In this document: in pieces, positions 50,179 to 64,000 of the stretch
Layout: the number at the start of each line of letters is the position of its first letter
Position numbering within the stretch: position 1 is the first letter of the stretch
Assembly: GCF_006345805.1 (NCBI RefSeq)
Contig: NC_043024.1
Location: 10,726,001-10,790,000 of the forward strand
DNA length: 64,000 bases
Reading direction: 5' to 3'
Source: Octopus sinensis
Taxonomy: Eukaryota
Notes under the pieces: model-generated
What the model was told of the DNA's origin: nothing
Databases searched by the model: none
The model's input: only the letters and a program-made list of their open reading frames with translations
Translations under genes and position numbers: made by a program

Positions 50179-50878
50179 CCTGGGCTGTGAAGTGAAAACA
50201 AAAATCTTCGACTCCAACTAACTCCGACTCCTGTACTATTCGCACCCCTGACTCTGGATCCGACTCCTGTTTATGTAATTAAGTGATTGTGATCTATACA
50301 TCCCTAGGAGTGGCTGTGTGGTAAGTAGCTTGTTTACCAACCACATGGTTCCGGATTCAGTCCCACTGTGTGGCACCTTGGGCAAGTGTCTTCTACTATA
50401 AGCCTCGAGACAATCAAAGCCTTGTGAGTGGATTTGGTAGACGGAAACTGAAAGAAGTCCGTCGTATATATGTGTTATATATATATATATGTGTGTGTGT
50501 GTTTGTGTGTTTGTCCCCCTAGCATTGCTTGACAACCGATGCTGGTTTGTTTATGTCCCCGTCACTTAGTGGTTCAGCAAAAGAGACCGATAGAATAAGT
50601 ACTGGGCTTACAAAAGAATAAGTCCCGGGGTCGAGTTGCTCGATTAAAGGCGGTGCTCCAGCATGGCCGCAGCCAAATGACTGAAACAAGTAAAAGAGTA
50701 AAGAGAGTATATATATATCACAAAACATATGAATACTCTTGTACTTTGAGTCGGCCTATATGTTATAACCGGTTTATATTAAAGAATTGTGAGTCAGAGC
50801 TGGTATAGTTTTACTGACTCCAGCTACCCATTAATTGTTTCTGAATCCAACTCCAAGACTCTGACTCCACAGTCCTGG
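50179..50878. mobile_element. Degenerate gactcc-repeat MITE with a SINE-A inserted inside (about 50305-50705)
   Basis: Ends ctgggctgtgaagt / gactccacagtcctg; internal gactcc repeats on both sides of the SINE. Confidence 0.4.
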
Positions 50879-52221
50879 TTTCAACAAAAGAAACCAACTT
50901 CAGTGCCAAACTTAAAAAAAGCAAAAAAAGTACCCAGGGGCAATGTTGTCTGGCTAAACCATTCAAGGCAGTGCCCTAGCCTGAAAATGTACTCCATAGT
51001 TCATAACCCTGTGACCTGTATTGATCATAACTGCAAACAACTCTAACTTTGGATGCACACCACAAAAATTCCTGCGACTACCTCAGCCTCTGCTTCATTG
51101 TCAGCTGTTTTGAAGTCGTCCTTCCGTGACTCACTGGGGATTTGGGCTTTGACTGGAAATATTTTCAGAATATCTGAGGGATGCATGTGAGTATGCGTGA
51201 GTGAATTTATGCCCGTGCATACACACACAAGGAAAAGAAGTTCTCTATGAGAAGAACAGAGTATCATCCTCCTTAAGGGGTTAGCTTTTGTGTGTGTGTA
51301 TGTGTGTGTGCGAGGTGGGAAGTGAAACTGAATACATGTTTGTGCATACAAACACAAGGAAAAAATGTAATCTCCCCTTCTATTACCCTACATTTCTCAT
51401 TCTCCTCAGGTTCTAGGCCTACCCCCACCCCCACCATGCACACACGCAGACACTCCTGCAACCTACCCAATCACATACCTGCCTCCTCTCCTCTCTCTCT
51501 CTGGTACTTCTCCTGTCTACTCTATCATCGTTCCCATTCTGCTGCTGGCCCTGTAATTCATCACCTACGTTCACACCCCACCCCACCACCTCAGGGGCAT
51601 CATTGATCATTCACTACTCACTACATCCACCCTTTCAACCCTGCCCAATCTTTACAGCTGTCACCTCCCTCCCCTCCATCATTCTCCAATTCTCCTTTCC
51701 ACCTCCCACCCACCCTCGGCCCCACTCGTATTCACCTTATGCTTTGAAGGGACACCCAGACACCTCATTACCACTATCGTTATCTCTTTTCAGCTCCACC
51801 CAATGACACCCGCTTCCTCTCTTCAAAACTGTTCCTTGCCATGTAACTTCCTCTACACCCAGAAGCCTGTTCTACCCTGGCCCCCTTCTCTCATAATTTA
51901 ACCCCTCATCTCCAATTATAAACTTGCCTCCTCAGGGTTTGCAGTCTTGCATGCAGCATAGCAACCGCATTAGTGTTAAGTGGCATGAAAAAGAAAAATC
52001 ACCCAGAACATGCTGTAAAATGGTTAATATCAGGTTGAGCATTTAGCCATGGAAACCATCAAATACAATGCAGTCTTTGACCCACCAGATTCTATCAAAA
52101 TGTCCAATCCATACCAGCATGGAACATGGACAATAAAAATTATGACACTGCTTCAGTAATACAAGGTTTACTATTCAGCTTAAGGCCAAGATTAAGGTTA
52201 TATATGTGTGCGTATGTATGT

Positions 52222-52570
52222 GAAGATGCATGGCTTAGTGGTTAGAGCATTCGGCTCATGATCGTAAGATTGTGAGTTCAATTCCTGGTGAAGACACTTT
52301 ATTTCACGTTGAGCAAGACACTTTATTTCACGTTGCAAGACACTTTATTTCACGTTGCTCCAGTCCACTCAGCTGGCAAAACTGAGTTGTACCTGTATTT
52401 CAAAGGGCCGGCCTTGTCACACTCTGTGTCACGCTGAATCTCCCTGAGAACTACATTAAGGGTACACGTGTCTGTGGAATACTCAGCCACTTGCATGTTA
52501 ATTTCACAAGCAAGCTGTTCCATTGATTGTATCAGCTGGGACCCTCGTCGTCGTAACCGACGGAGTGCTC
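52222..52570 (+). mobile_element. tRNA-derived SINE (family E) with an internal 21-bp triplication
   Basis: Head tggcttagtggttagagc...gagttcaattcc; aagacactttatttcacgttg three times; tail gtcgtaaccgacggagtg. Confidence 0.7.
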
Positions 52571-52898
52571 CTTGTGTAGCTTTAAGTCTGTACTATTCAA
52601 TACTTCAAAGTCATACTAAGCAGACATCCATTTCTGCCTCACCACTTAGATCAACAAAAATATATATATATATATTATAGGCACAGACATGACGAGATAA
52701 CTACAGTGGTGATCGATAACCAAACCTAGGAAGCAGAGGGTTAATTTCTAAGAAATTAAACTCATTAGATTCAACTGGGCTATTTATTATAGCTGCCATG
52801 AGCTGGTGCGCAAATCATTGCAAAGTTGACCAGTCATAAGTCGACAACGACCTGTATATGTACATATACATATATATATATATTTATATATATACACA

Positions 52899-53396
52899 TA
52901 GGGTGATTCAAAAGTCTCCATACAACGGAAATTTTTTTTTTTATTTTATAAGTGACAGTTTACTCTTTTACTTGTTTCAGTCATTTGACTGTGGCCAAGC
53001 TGGAGCACCACCTTTAGTCGAGCAAATCGACCCCAGGACTTATTCTATCGGTCTCTTTTGTCGAACCGCTAAGTAACGGGGACGTAAACACACCAGCATC
53101 GGTTGTCAAGCAATGTTGGGGGGACAAACAGACACACAAACATATACACACACATATATATATACACACAAATATATACGACGGGCTTCTTTCAGTTTCC
53201 GTTTACCAAATCCACTCACAAGGCATTGGTCGGCCCGAGGCTATAGTAGAAGACACTTGCCCAAGGTGCCATGCAGAGGGACTGAACCCAGAACCATGTG
53301 GTTGGTAAGCAAGCTACTTACCACACAGCCACTCCTGCCCCTGTTAAATAAAAGAAAAGATAAATTGTTCCTATGTATGGCGACTTTTGAATCACC

Positions 53397-53399
<3 letters not shown>
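52899..53399. mobile_element. Tc1/mariner-type MITE with a SINE-A inserted inside (about 52960-53340, - strand)
   Basis: TIR gggtgattcaaaagtc(t/g)ccatac at both ends; TA at the right end. Confidence 0.65.
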
Positions 53400-53438
<39 letters not shown>

Positions 53439-53899
53439 TGTGTATGTGTGTGTGTATACATACACAGATACATAAACACATAAATGGCATAATGACATAT
53501 ATATATCCACATATTTTTGTGGACCCTCCATTGGTCATAAATGACCATGGGATTGCACCTAGAGGGTTCCCCTCCGAGGTAACAAGTCAGGGCAAGGTTG
53601 TTTATGGAAGACCAGCCTAACTCCTTCTCCACGCCACCGATGTTATCCAAAGGGTAAAGAAACAAAGGCCGATACAGCTTGGCACCGATGACGTTGAATC
53701 TCATTTCTACAGCTGAGTGGAACTGGAGCGACGTGACACAAACAAACACACATACAACAACATAAGGTACTCGCTATGTAATAGTGTCACACGTGTTTTT
53801 AAATCAAGGGTGAGTAAGCTAGGAATAAGGCGGGCCTAGCAGCTTTACTTTACATAGAGGAGACAACAAAAGAAGCCTCTATGAGGTCGTTGAACCTGC

Positions 53900-55870
53900 C
53901 GGAAACAGCAGCAAACCTTCTTCAACTTACGCTCAAAAAAGCACCGACGTTTGATAGCTATGGCCTTGATGTACACTGCTTCAAGTAGTATATATTTCTT
54001 TATTGCCCACAAGGGGCTAAACATAGAAAGGACAAACAAAGGGATTAAGTCGATTACATCGACCCCAGTGCGAAACTGGTACTTTTATTTAATCTACTCC
54101 GAAAGGATGAAAGGCAAAGTCGGCCTCGGCGGAGTTTGAACTCAGAACGTAACGGCAGACGAAATACCTATTTCTTTACTACCCACAAGGGGGGCCAAAC
54201 ATAGAGGGGACAAACAAGGACAGACAAGTAGTATAGTCAGTACGGGTATGGCCGCAGTGGGGCTGTGATCACAGATCTCCCCTCCGGTCAGAATAGACCC
54301 AACATACAAAGAAAAGCTTCGCGACACGTGATGAATTGCATGTATGTGTGCACACATGCATGGATGCACACACACACACACACACATAAAGCAGACAGAC
54401 AGACAGATTTGTGCACGATGATATTACGAAGTTCCACCCCGCGACACCCGATAAGATTTCTTCTCAATTATTATCTGTGTAACTTTATACTTTATCTCTA
54501 TTTCGTTGGGCCGGCTTCGTTTTTCTTTATTTTTTATTTTTTTTAAAGTTCCCGCACCTACAACTCGAAATTAGTAAAGCCAGCATCGGCCAAGGATATT
54601 TAAAAGCAGGTAATGCGGTCACTCCACATGCTAGAAATAGCAACTGAATCGCCTTGAAGTCAAATATCACCCCACGGTATTTAAAAGATGGCATTGGATA
54701 CACGACCCCTGAGGCAGAAATTGCGTGAGAGCCTTTGATATACCTATTTCTTTATTACCCACAAGGGGCTAAACACAGAGGGGACAAACAAGGACAGACA
54801 TAGGTATTAAGTCGATTACATCGACCCCCGTGCGTAACTGGTACTTAATTTATCGACCCATAAAGGATGAAAGGCAAAGTCGACCTCGGCGGAATTTGAA
54901 CTCAGAACGTAGCGGCAGACGAAATACCTATTTCTTTATTACCCACAAGGGGCTAAACACAGAGAGGACAAACAAGGACAGACATAGGTATTAAATCGAT
55001 TACATCGACCCCAGTGCGTAACCGAAGCAACGAAGGCCGACCTGGGACTAAACTAGCCTCCACGCAACCTCTCGCTCGATCCGCTAGAAACAGCAGCCAA
55101 ATCTCATTTGAATCACACCATACAGTCAAAGGCTAGGACAAGCCTCTACGAAGCCGCTCAGAATGGTAGAAATAACAACCAGATCGTCGATTCTTAAAAC
55201 GAAACAGTCTTCAGAACTAGAAGGCCATTGACCAAGTAGATCTTGCGATATATAATAATGTTTGAAATAAAGCCGAGATGGTCGCGTCTGGAACACGTTC
55301 GATCCCTGTAAATCTCCCTAAATTAGGTTCGACCAGGGCTAAGCAACAACAACGACAAGAAGATGATCTCACACGCAAACGCACGTGTGTATATATATAC
55401 TGATTCATAGGGTATCGTGTGAACAAGTCTGTGTGTGTGTGCATAGAAAATAAAATTGTATATAATTAAAAAGGTCGTGAGTAACAGGCAGTGCTTGCCA
55501 GGGAAGCATCGTTGCTTTCTACACGGTAGTTCCAACTGCTAGAAATAACAGTCAAATCTCCCTCAAAACCACACGCTGAGTAAGTAATGTCGTACATAAT
55601 TAATACATACGTACATGTATATCGCATAATAATGTAGTGCTTGATGCCAAGCCTGCTAGAAACAACAGCTAAACCCCTTCCCACCATAAAAAAAATCACA
55701 GACGGGATAGTCGTAGCTGGAACGCCTTTAGTTATAGATTTCCTGGATAAGTGCCAACCTGTTGGGTGAAGTTTGGACTGGGGGGGACTAAGGCTAAATA
55801 CAAGAGTGAGTCAACGCAGGAAATGGCAACTAAATCGCCCTCAAAATCACATGTTGGATAATACAGTACT

Positions 55871-55907
<37 letters not shown>

Positions 55908-56236
55908 TGAAAACAGACGTTATGGTCATGGCGAGAACGCCTTTGAGTTTAGACTTCCAGGAGCAGTAATGGCCTGGTTGGACTTACAGTAACAGACTGA
56001 GTCAACGAGGGAACATGCTAGAAATAGCAGCCAAGTCTCCCCCAAAATCACACGTTGGATAATGTGAATTACTCGAGATATACACCCTTGAAAATAAACG
56101 AGATGGTCATAAATGGAGCGCTTTTGATTATAGCTTTCCTAGATGGCTGTTGACTTATGGGATAACAACGACAACGAGAGCGAAGGAGGGAACCTGCTAG
56201 AAATAGCAGCCAAATCATCAAAAACCATGTGCACTG

Positions 56237-56270
<34 letters not shown>

Positions 56271-57050
56271 TGTCTTGAAAATACAGCATGGTCATGAGTG
56301 GGACGCCTTTGATTCTAAATTTCCTGGATCAATGCTGACATGGAGTGAGATAGGGGTCGACTGAGTGAGTCAACGAGGGAGCCTGTTAGAAATAGCGTCC
56401 AATTTTCCCTCAAATCACCCTCTATCTTAGCAAAAGATAATACAAGGACACAATAATTCGGAGCATAATATGCCTAGTAAAAAAAAAAAGAGAAAAAAGG
56501 GTGCTCCCGGCTAGGATGTGTTAGATCACAGGTCTAGGGGATCGGAGTCAACCTTGGGTTAAACAAAACAGGATACTCCTACTTCGTATAATCGCCATTA
56601 CTACAATTGTTACTATGAGAAACACGTGAATCATTCAACTACCAAAAAGCCAGCATTACGCGAGAAATAGCAGTCAAATATCCCTCAAATTATAGAGAGA
56701 GAGAAAAAAGGAGTCTTGGAAAAAAATGGACATTAAGCTATGCAGCCAGTCCTAGAATGACCGGATGGTAATTGATGGAATCGCTTTGATCCACCAGCCG
56801 TGGACGATCCAGCGGCCACAGTAGTAGAGAGAAATAGTAGTCAAATATCCCTCAAATTATAGAGAGAGAGAGAATGAAGGAGTCTCAGAAAAAAATGGAC
56901 ATTAAGCTATGCAGCCAGTCCTAGAAAGACCGGATGGTAATTGATAGAATGGCTTTGATCCACCAGCCGTGGACGGTCCAACGTCCAACAGTAGTAGAGG
57001 GAAATAGTAGTCCGACCTCCCTGAAATCTCTGAGAGAGAAAAAGCGAAAG
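53900..57050 (+). repeat. Diverged co-oriented array of ctgctagaaatagcagccaaatc-containing units
   Basis: About 12-13 motif copies; near-identical 168-bp duplication at 56661-56998. Confidence 0.7.
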
Positions 57051-57697
57051 GGGAACAAATAATAAGGGGGTTAGATAATGTACATTATGCAGGTTAGTCC
57101 TAGAATGACCCGTCTAGAATGACTGGTGGAATGGATTTGATCAGAGGCCCTGCTCGATCCTGGCCGACTTTGGGGGATATAGCAATTAGTAACAGATCCA
57201 GCTACTACAGCAGCTATTACTACTACTACTAGACTATTCCAAATTACAGAAGGTTGCTTTCCAGCTCTTTGTATTTGTCTGTTCGTGTCTTCTTTCTCTC
57301 TCGTTGCTGTGGGTGGATATTATAGCAATGGTGTACGAAAGACAAGAAACGTTTTTTGTTACACGGTCACACTGACGTCTTGATCTTATCTGACTACAAT
57401 AGAAGTCATTATGGGAAGAAAAATCGAAAACAGACACACTATACATACATATATACATATATATACATACATGTATGGTGTGTGTGTACGTATGTACCGG
57501 TTCTTCGACAAATACCGATCGATAAAAGAGGAACCAGGTTCAAAGACGCACTGGGTCGATGCGATCGACCAAACCCCCCTTTGAAGAGTTTAGGGTTCAG
57601 TGCTCCAGTATGGCCGGTGTCTTGCGAGTGAGACTAGAGAGAAAAAGAGGGGTGTAATATAGAAGTCAGTAAGAAATACAAAGAAAGGGTAGAAAAT

Positions 57698-57747
<50 letters not shown>

Positions 57748-59311
57748 CACACGTTTGAGGGGAGAACTCAATGCAAGAGGAACGTGCAAATGCTTATAGT
57801 GCCCGTTGTTACTGCTCGGAGTTTTGTCAATATCCACATAAAGGATCGTGAGAAAGGTTAATGCAGCTTATAACCCCATGGTAGCTCTAAAGCAAGTCTG
57901 TGATCAAAAGCGTTCCAGCCATGCCCGTTCCCACATTTTAATTAAAACAGTAGAATGTGTGGATAGATATGAATGGTGTGAGCATGCGAAACAAGACTTA
58001 TGTAAGCTATATGGATTGCACTAAAGCAAAATTAATATATGGATGTATGAATGGAGAGAGAGAGATCTTGCTTTGATCCAGTAGTAGACAAATGAACAAA
58101 GACGTTCTAGTCGTGGCCATCTAGCCTTTATATTTCAGCCATCGTTTATCTAATGTGTCCGTCTTTTCGTTCAAAACGGATTTGGAGCGGGGATGGATAG
58201 GCTGCTATTTCTAGCAGTTTGAGCTAGCATGGAGAAGATTCCTCCATGTTCGGCTTGAATTTGAAGGTGCCGAAAATTTTACGGTTAACAGCAGTAAGTA
58301 AGGGGCTGGCTAAAAAACCAAATTGGTCCTCAGTGTAACCCCCGACATAAATATATTACCCTAACGCATGAGACTTTGGTCTGGAAACGAGCCACATGGA
58401 AAATGTGCTTAGCGGCCTTTGTTCCGGCTTCACGCACCGAGTTCAAATTCCACCAAGGTCGACTTTGCCTTTCGTCCTTTCGAGGCCGATAAAACAAGTA
58501 CCAGTTGAGCACAGGGGTTGATGTAATTGACAAGGCCCTGCTCTTCTAAAATTTCAAGCTTTGTGTCTACAGTAAAAAGAATTATTATTATTATTAAGCA
58601 GCAAAGGAACTACTAGAGATGAGATGGTGATGGAATAGGTTTACCAAAGAGAGACCGAATTCTTAAGACTTCAGGAACGATCGTGGTATGTGTGTGTGTA
58701 AATTTTTCTTGTGAAAATATGTGTTTATAAAGATATCCTATTTTAATAAATGTACTCTTTGTATAGGAGCGTGTTTACAAAATATTTAATTGGAAAGATT
58801 GTAAATTTTGTGTTTAATATTTCTACACATACGTGGGAGTGAACAGAGAGGGTAATTAGCGATGTGTAGAATGCATATAGAGGCAATTAGGACTACAGTC
58901 ACGTTCTATATACATGCATACATACCACATATGCTAGACAGACACACACGAATATATGTATACACACATATGTATATACATGTACAGATGTATATATATA
59001 TATATATTTAAAAATTAAACAGAACCACAACATATATATGTATATATATACATACACCCACACACATACCATTAACACACGCACATACATTGTCCCCCAC
59101 ACATACCATTCGCACACGCAATCACACATACATGCACACACGTGCGTGTATATATATATATATATCTATCTATATATATATATACATACATAAAAATATC
59201 GTGTATATTAAAACACATTCAGAGGCTTCCAAATAGGAAAGCCTTGTGCTAGAAAGAGCAGTAAAAAAACTGTGGTAATAACAATTTCTATAATTCTCAT
59301 TATCCTAATAC

Positions 59312-59344
<33 letters not shown>

Positions 59345-59754
59345 TATATACATATATATAGAAAGAGAGAGGTGGGGACAGACAGACAGACAGACACACA
59401 CATACGTGCAATATAAAGAGCATTCTGCCTTTAAAATGCCACGCAAGGTGTGGTGGGGAGGAACAGAGTAAGTAAAGGAAAACAATTAAAATATTAAAAC
59501 CCTTCTTCTCGATGACTTAACCCAAGGCAGAGAAGCGTCTTAAGAAGGCCTGTCATCCGCCCTTTTTAACACAAGCAACCAATTGTGTACGCCTAATACA
59601 CGCACAAACATTCATTTATATTCCTGTGTATGTATGTATATATATATACATATATATGTAGATGTATATATACATATATATATGTATGTATCTATGTATG
59701 TATCTACATATATATGTATATACATATATATGCATATATATATGTATATATATA

Positions 59755-62000
59755 CACATCTACATATATATATATACACATCTACATATATATATATATA
59801 CATCTACATATATATATATATACATCTACATATATATATATACATCTACATATATATATATACATCTACATATATATATATACATCTACATATGTATATA
59901 TATATACATCTACATATGTATATATATACACATCTACATACATATGTATATATATACACATCTACATACATATGTATATATATACACATCTACATACATA
60001 TGTATATATATACACATCTACATACATATGTATATACATACACATCTACATACATATGTATATACATATACATCTACATACATATGTATATACATATACA
60101 TCTACATACATATGTATATACATATACATCTACATATGTATATACATCTACATCTACATATGTATATACATCTACATCTACATATGTATATATATATACA
60201 TCTACATATGTATATATATATACATCTACATATGTATATATATATATACATCTACATATGTATAATATATATTATTCTACATATGTATATATATATACAT
60301 CTACATATGTATATATATATAAATCTACATATGTATATATATATACATACATAAAATTATGTATATATATATATACATCTACATATGTATATATATATAT
60401 ACATCTACATATGTATATATATATATACATCTACATATGTATATATATATATACATCTACATATGTATATATATATATACATCTACATATGTATATATAT
60501 ATACATCTACATATGTATATATATATATACATCTACATATGTATATATATATATACATCTACATATGTATATATATATACATCTACATATGTATATATAT
60601 ATACATCTACATATGTATATATATATACATCTACATATGTATATATATATACATCTACATATGTATATATATATACATCTACATATGTATATATATATAC
60701 ATCTACATATGTACATATATATATACATCTACATATGTACATATATATACATCAATATATACGTATATATATATACATCTACATATATATCGTATATATA
60801 ATACATCTACATATATACGTATATATAATACATCTACATATATACGTATATATATATACATCTACATATATACGTCTATATATATACATCTCACATATAT
60901 ACGTATATATATATATACATCTACATATATACGTATATATATACCATTACATATATACGTATATATATAATCTTACATATATACGTATATATATATACAT
61001 CTACATATATACGTATATATTATACATCTACATATATACGTATATATATATACATCCCATATTACGTATATATATATACATCTACATATATACGTATATA
61101 TATATACATCTACATATATACGTATATATATATACATCTACATATATACGTATATATATATACATCTACATATATACGTATATATATATACATCTACATA
61201 TATACGTATATATATATACATCTACATATATACGTATATATATATACATCTACATATATACGTATATATATATACATCTACATATATACGTATATATATA
61301 TACATCTACATATATACGTATATATATACATCTATACGTATATATATACATCTACATATATATGTATATATATACATCTACATATATATGTATATATATA
61401 CATCTACATATATATGTATATATATACATCTACATATATATGTATATATATACATCTACATATATATGTATATATATACATCTACATATATATGTATTAT
61501 ATATATACATCTACATATATATGTATTATATATATACATCTACATATATATGTATATATATACATCTACATATATATGTATATATATACATCTACATATA
61601 TATGTATATATATACATCTACATATATATGTATATATATACATCTACATATATATGTATATATATACATCTACATATATATGTATATATATACATCTACA
61701 TATATATGTATATATATACATCTACATATATATGTATATATATACATCTACATATATATGTATATATATACATCTACATATATATGTATATATATACATC
61801 TACATATATATGTATATGTATATATATACATCTACATATATATGTATATGTATATATATACATCTACATATATATGTATATGTATATATATACATCTACA
61901 TATATATGTATATGTATATATACATCTACATATATATACATCTACACACATATATACATCTACACACATATATACATCTACACACATATATACATCTACA
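59755..62000. repeat. TA-rich minisatellite (catctacatat... unit, about 20-28 bp), 2.2 kb
   Basis: Direct reading; variant units occur in blocks. Confidence 0.95.
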
Positions 62001-62275
62001 TATATATATATATATATATATTATATATACATAGATGCGCATGTATATATATGTGTGCGCATGATGGTAATTAAGTATGGATGTATATAGAGATCTGTTA
62101 TAGAATATCTGGGGTCTTTTTTTACTGAGATAGAAAGAGGGAGGACGAAATTGGGTTTTACAGTGCGGTTTTATGATATCTTGTGAGGATTTTTAGGCCT
62201 TCACCGTCGACTTACACACACCCCATCGTCACTAAACAAGGGCGTTAGCATACATATATATATACATATATATAT

Positions 62276-62316
<41 letters not shown>

Positions 62317-62678
62317 ATGTAGGTAGGTAAAAAATCTGTTGAAGCGGTTCCGATGCGGTGACTTAAGTAAGCATGTATATAGACAGATTATATATAGATA
62401 GATGTATATAACCTTTTCTGCTAATAGACATAAGGCCTGGAAATATGGATTGGGGGGAGGGGATCTGTCGATTTTTATAATTAACCATTAAACGAATGTG
62501 AGACATAGATACACACACACATATATATACACACACATACATATATATATATACATACACATATATATACTAAGGATATATAAAACACAGTATATATATA
62601 TTATATATATATATATATATATGCCTTCCTGATCTTCGTTCGCGAAGCCGAGCCATGATGATATATATATATATATAT

Positions 62679-62726
<48 letters not shown>

Positions 62727-63402
62727 TAATATATATATTTTTTTACGATTCAACCATGTGATTGCGATCATACTGGAGCACCGCCGGGAAAAACATGTCA
62801 AGAGTGAGATAGATAGATAGATAGACAGATATATAGATGTAGATAGATAGACAGATATATAGATGTAGATAGATAGACAGATATATAGATGTAGATAGAT
62901 AGATATATAGATAGATATATATATAGATAGATATATAGATAGATATATAGAGAGATAGATATATAGACAGATATATAGATAGGTATATAGATAAACAGAT
63001 ATATAGATAGACAGATATATATATAGACAGATATATAGATAGACAGATATATAGATAGACAGATATATAGATAGACAGATATATAGATAGACAGATATAT
63101 AGATAGACAGGTATATAGTTAAATACCCAGACATTATATATATATATACATACACACACACACAGAAAAATCGGCTTTCTATATACCTATGCTTATTACA
63201 CACCACACAGACACCTATATATAACACAGAGGTACCTATATATATATACATATATACATACCTATATCTATACAGACACCCACCTACACACACACACATA
63301 CATACCTACATACATACATATATATGTAGGTCCCGGGTTGATTCGGGGTTAACCACAGTAAATAAGGGACTCAATACATAGCAGAGTAAAATTAATTTAT
63401 TA

Positions 63403-63511
63403 TATAGAAGGAGCTTCTACAGGACTAGAACTGTTTCATTCAAGAGAAATCTTCAGGAAGCTGAAGATTTCTCTTGAATGAAACAGTTCTAGTCCTGTAG
63501 AAGCTCCTTCT

Positions 63512-63514
<3 letters not shown>
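63403..63514. repeat. Perfect palindrome, 54-bp arms, 4-nt loop
   Basis: Arms 63403-63456 and 63461-63514; same element family as 46075-46168. Confidence 0.95.
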
Positions 63515-63542
<28 letters not shown>

Positions 63543-63740
63543 CACATCCAAAATCAGAGGTCAGTTTAGACATAGACCCAGAGACAAACAACAAAATATT
63601 ATAAACCACACATAATGTCCTGCCATGGTCATTGCAAGAAGGGCCCTTTTTTTTTTTGCCCCCTTTCTTCACATAACACCAAAAAAAACCCCCCGAAAGC
63701 AGAGAGAGAGAGAGAGCAGAGAGGGAGAAGTGGTTCTTAC

Positions 63741-63940
63741 CTTTCGAAAAGTATTCTAGTGAGACACAAAGCCAGGGCCAAGACGGGCACCCAGAGTAGA
63801 TCCTCAATTTGGGGTTTGTACATCCCTTGCTTCTCGTTCAGATAGTCCTGCCATGTCAGGTGCCTGGGTAACCAGAACCACTCGTTCCAGAATTTACTAC
63901 GAATGGTGTGCCACCACGAAGTGGCTTCGACGGTCTCCAT
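63741..63940 (-). CDS. CERS6-like: Ceramide synthase (CerS5/6, LASS/schlank type), first coding exon: METVEATSWWHTIRSKFWNEWFWLPRHLTWQDYLNEKQGMYKPQIEDLLWVPVLALALCLTRILFE(R)
   Basis: Matches vertebrate CERS6 FWNERFWLPHNVTWADL...PQAEDL...RLIFER; ends at AG|GTAAGA donor in phase 2 at the equivalent position. Confidence 0.93.
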
Positions 63941-64000
63941 ATCGACAAATGAAAGCTGCGAACGAAGAAGAAGAAGAAGAAGAAGGAGGAGGAGGAGGAC

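Noticed and set aside
51083-51175. Possible - strand exon (ILKIFPVKAQIPSESRKDDFKTADNEAEAE)
   Set aside because: Weak donor (gtagtc) and no similarity to ceramide synthase or any protein I recognise.
59583-62090. 835-aa ORF and other long I/Y/H/T-rich ORFs
   Set aside because: Translation of TA/CA minisatellite; no coding composition.

Overview
This is AT-rich, microsatellite- and SINE-saturated animal genomic DNA. The repeat landscape suggests an octopod cephalopod, which is an inference from recognised repeats. Two protein-coding genes are supported. (1) The 3' half of a transmembrane adenylyl cyclase of the ADCY5/6 type is on the + strand: 12 exons, 1337-41813, about 550 codons covering C1b, M2, the helical domain and the C2 catalytic domain. 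All junctions are GT-AG and phase-consistent. (2) The first coding exon of a ceramide synthase (CerS5/6, LASS/schlank type) is on the - strand at 63741-63940. I could not find its later exons in the window. The rest is intronic or intergenic: several tRNA-derived SINE families, RTE and CR1-like LINE fragments, Tc1/mariner/maT relics and MITEs, Helitron-type non-autonomous elements, fold-back elements, simple repeats and one 100-N gap (44832-44931). The most notable hidden signal is a dispersed set of type I hammerhead-ribozyme folds, probably from Penelope-like elements, in the cyclase introns. Several are complete (CUGANGA core, G-C-closed stem II, GAAA, GUH site, closing stem I). Their short stem III is nearly always a self-complementary 8-mer, and it differs between families (ACAGCTGT, ACATATGT, ACGATCGT, ACACGTGT, ACAATTGT). 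The cyclase also carries Tyr in place of the conserved forskolin-pocket Ser (KIKTIGY). All alignments and folds were done by eye; repeat boundaries are approximate.
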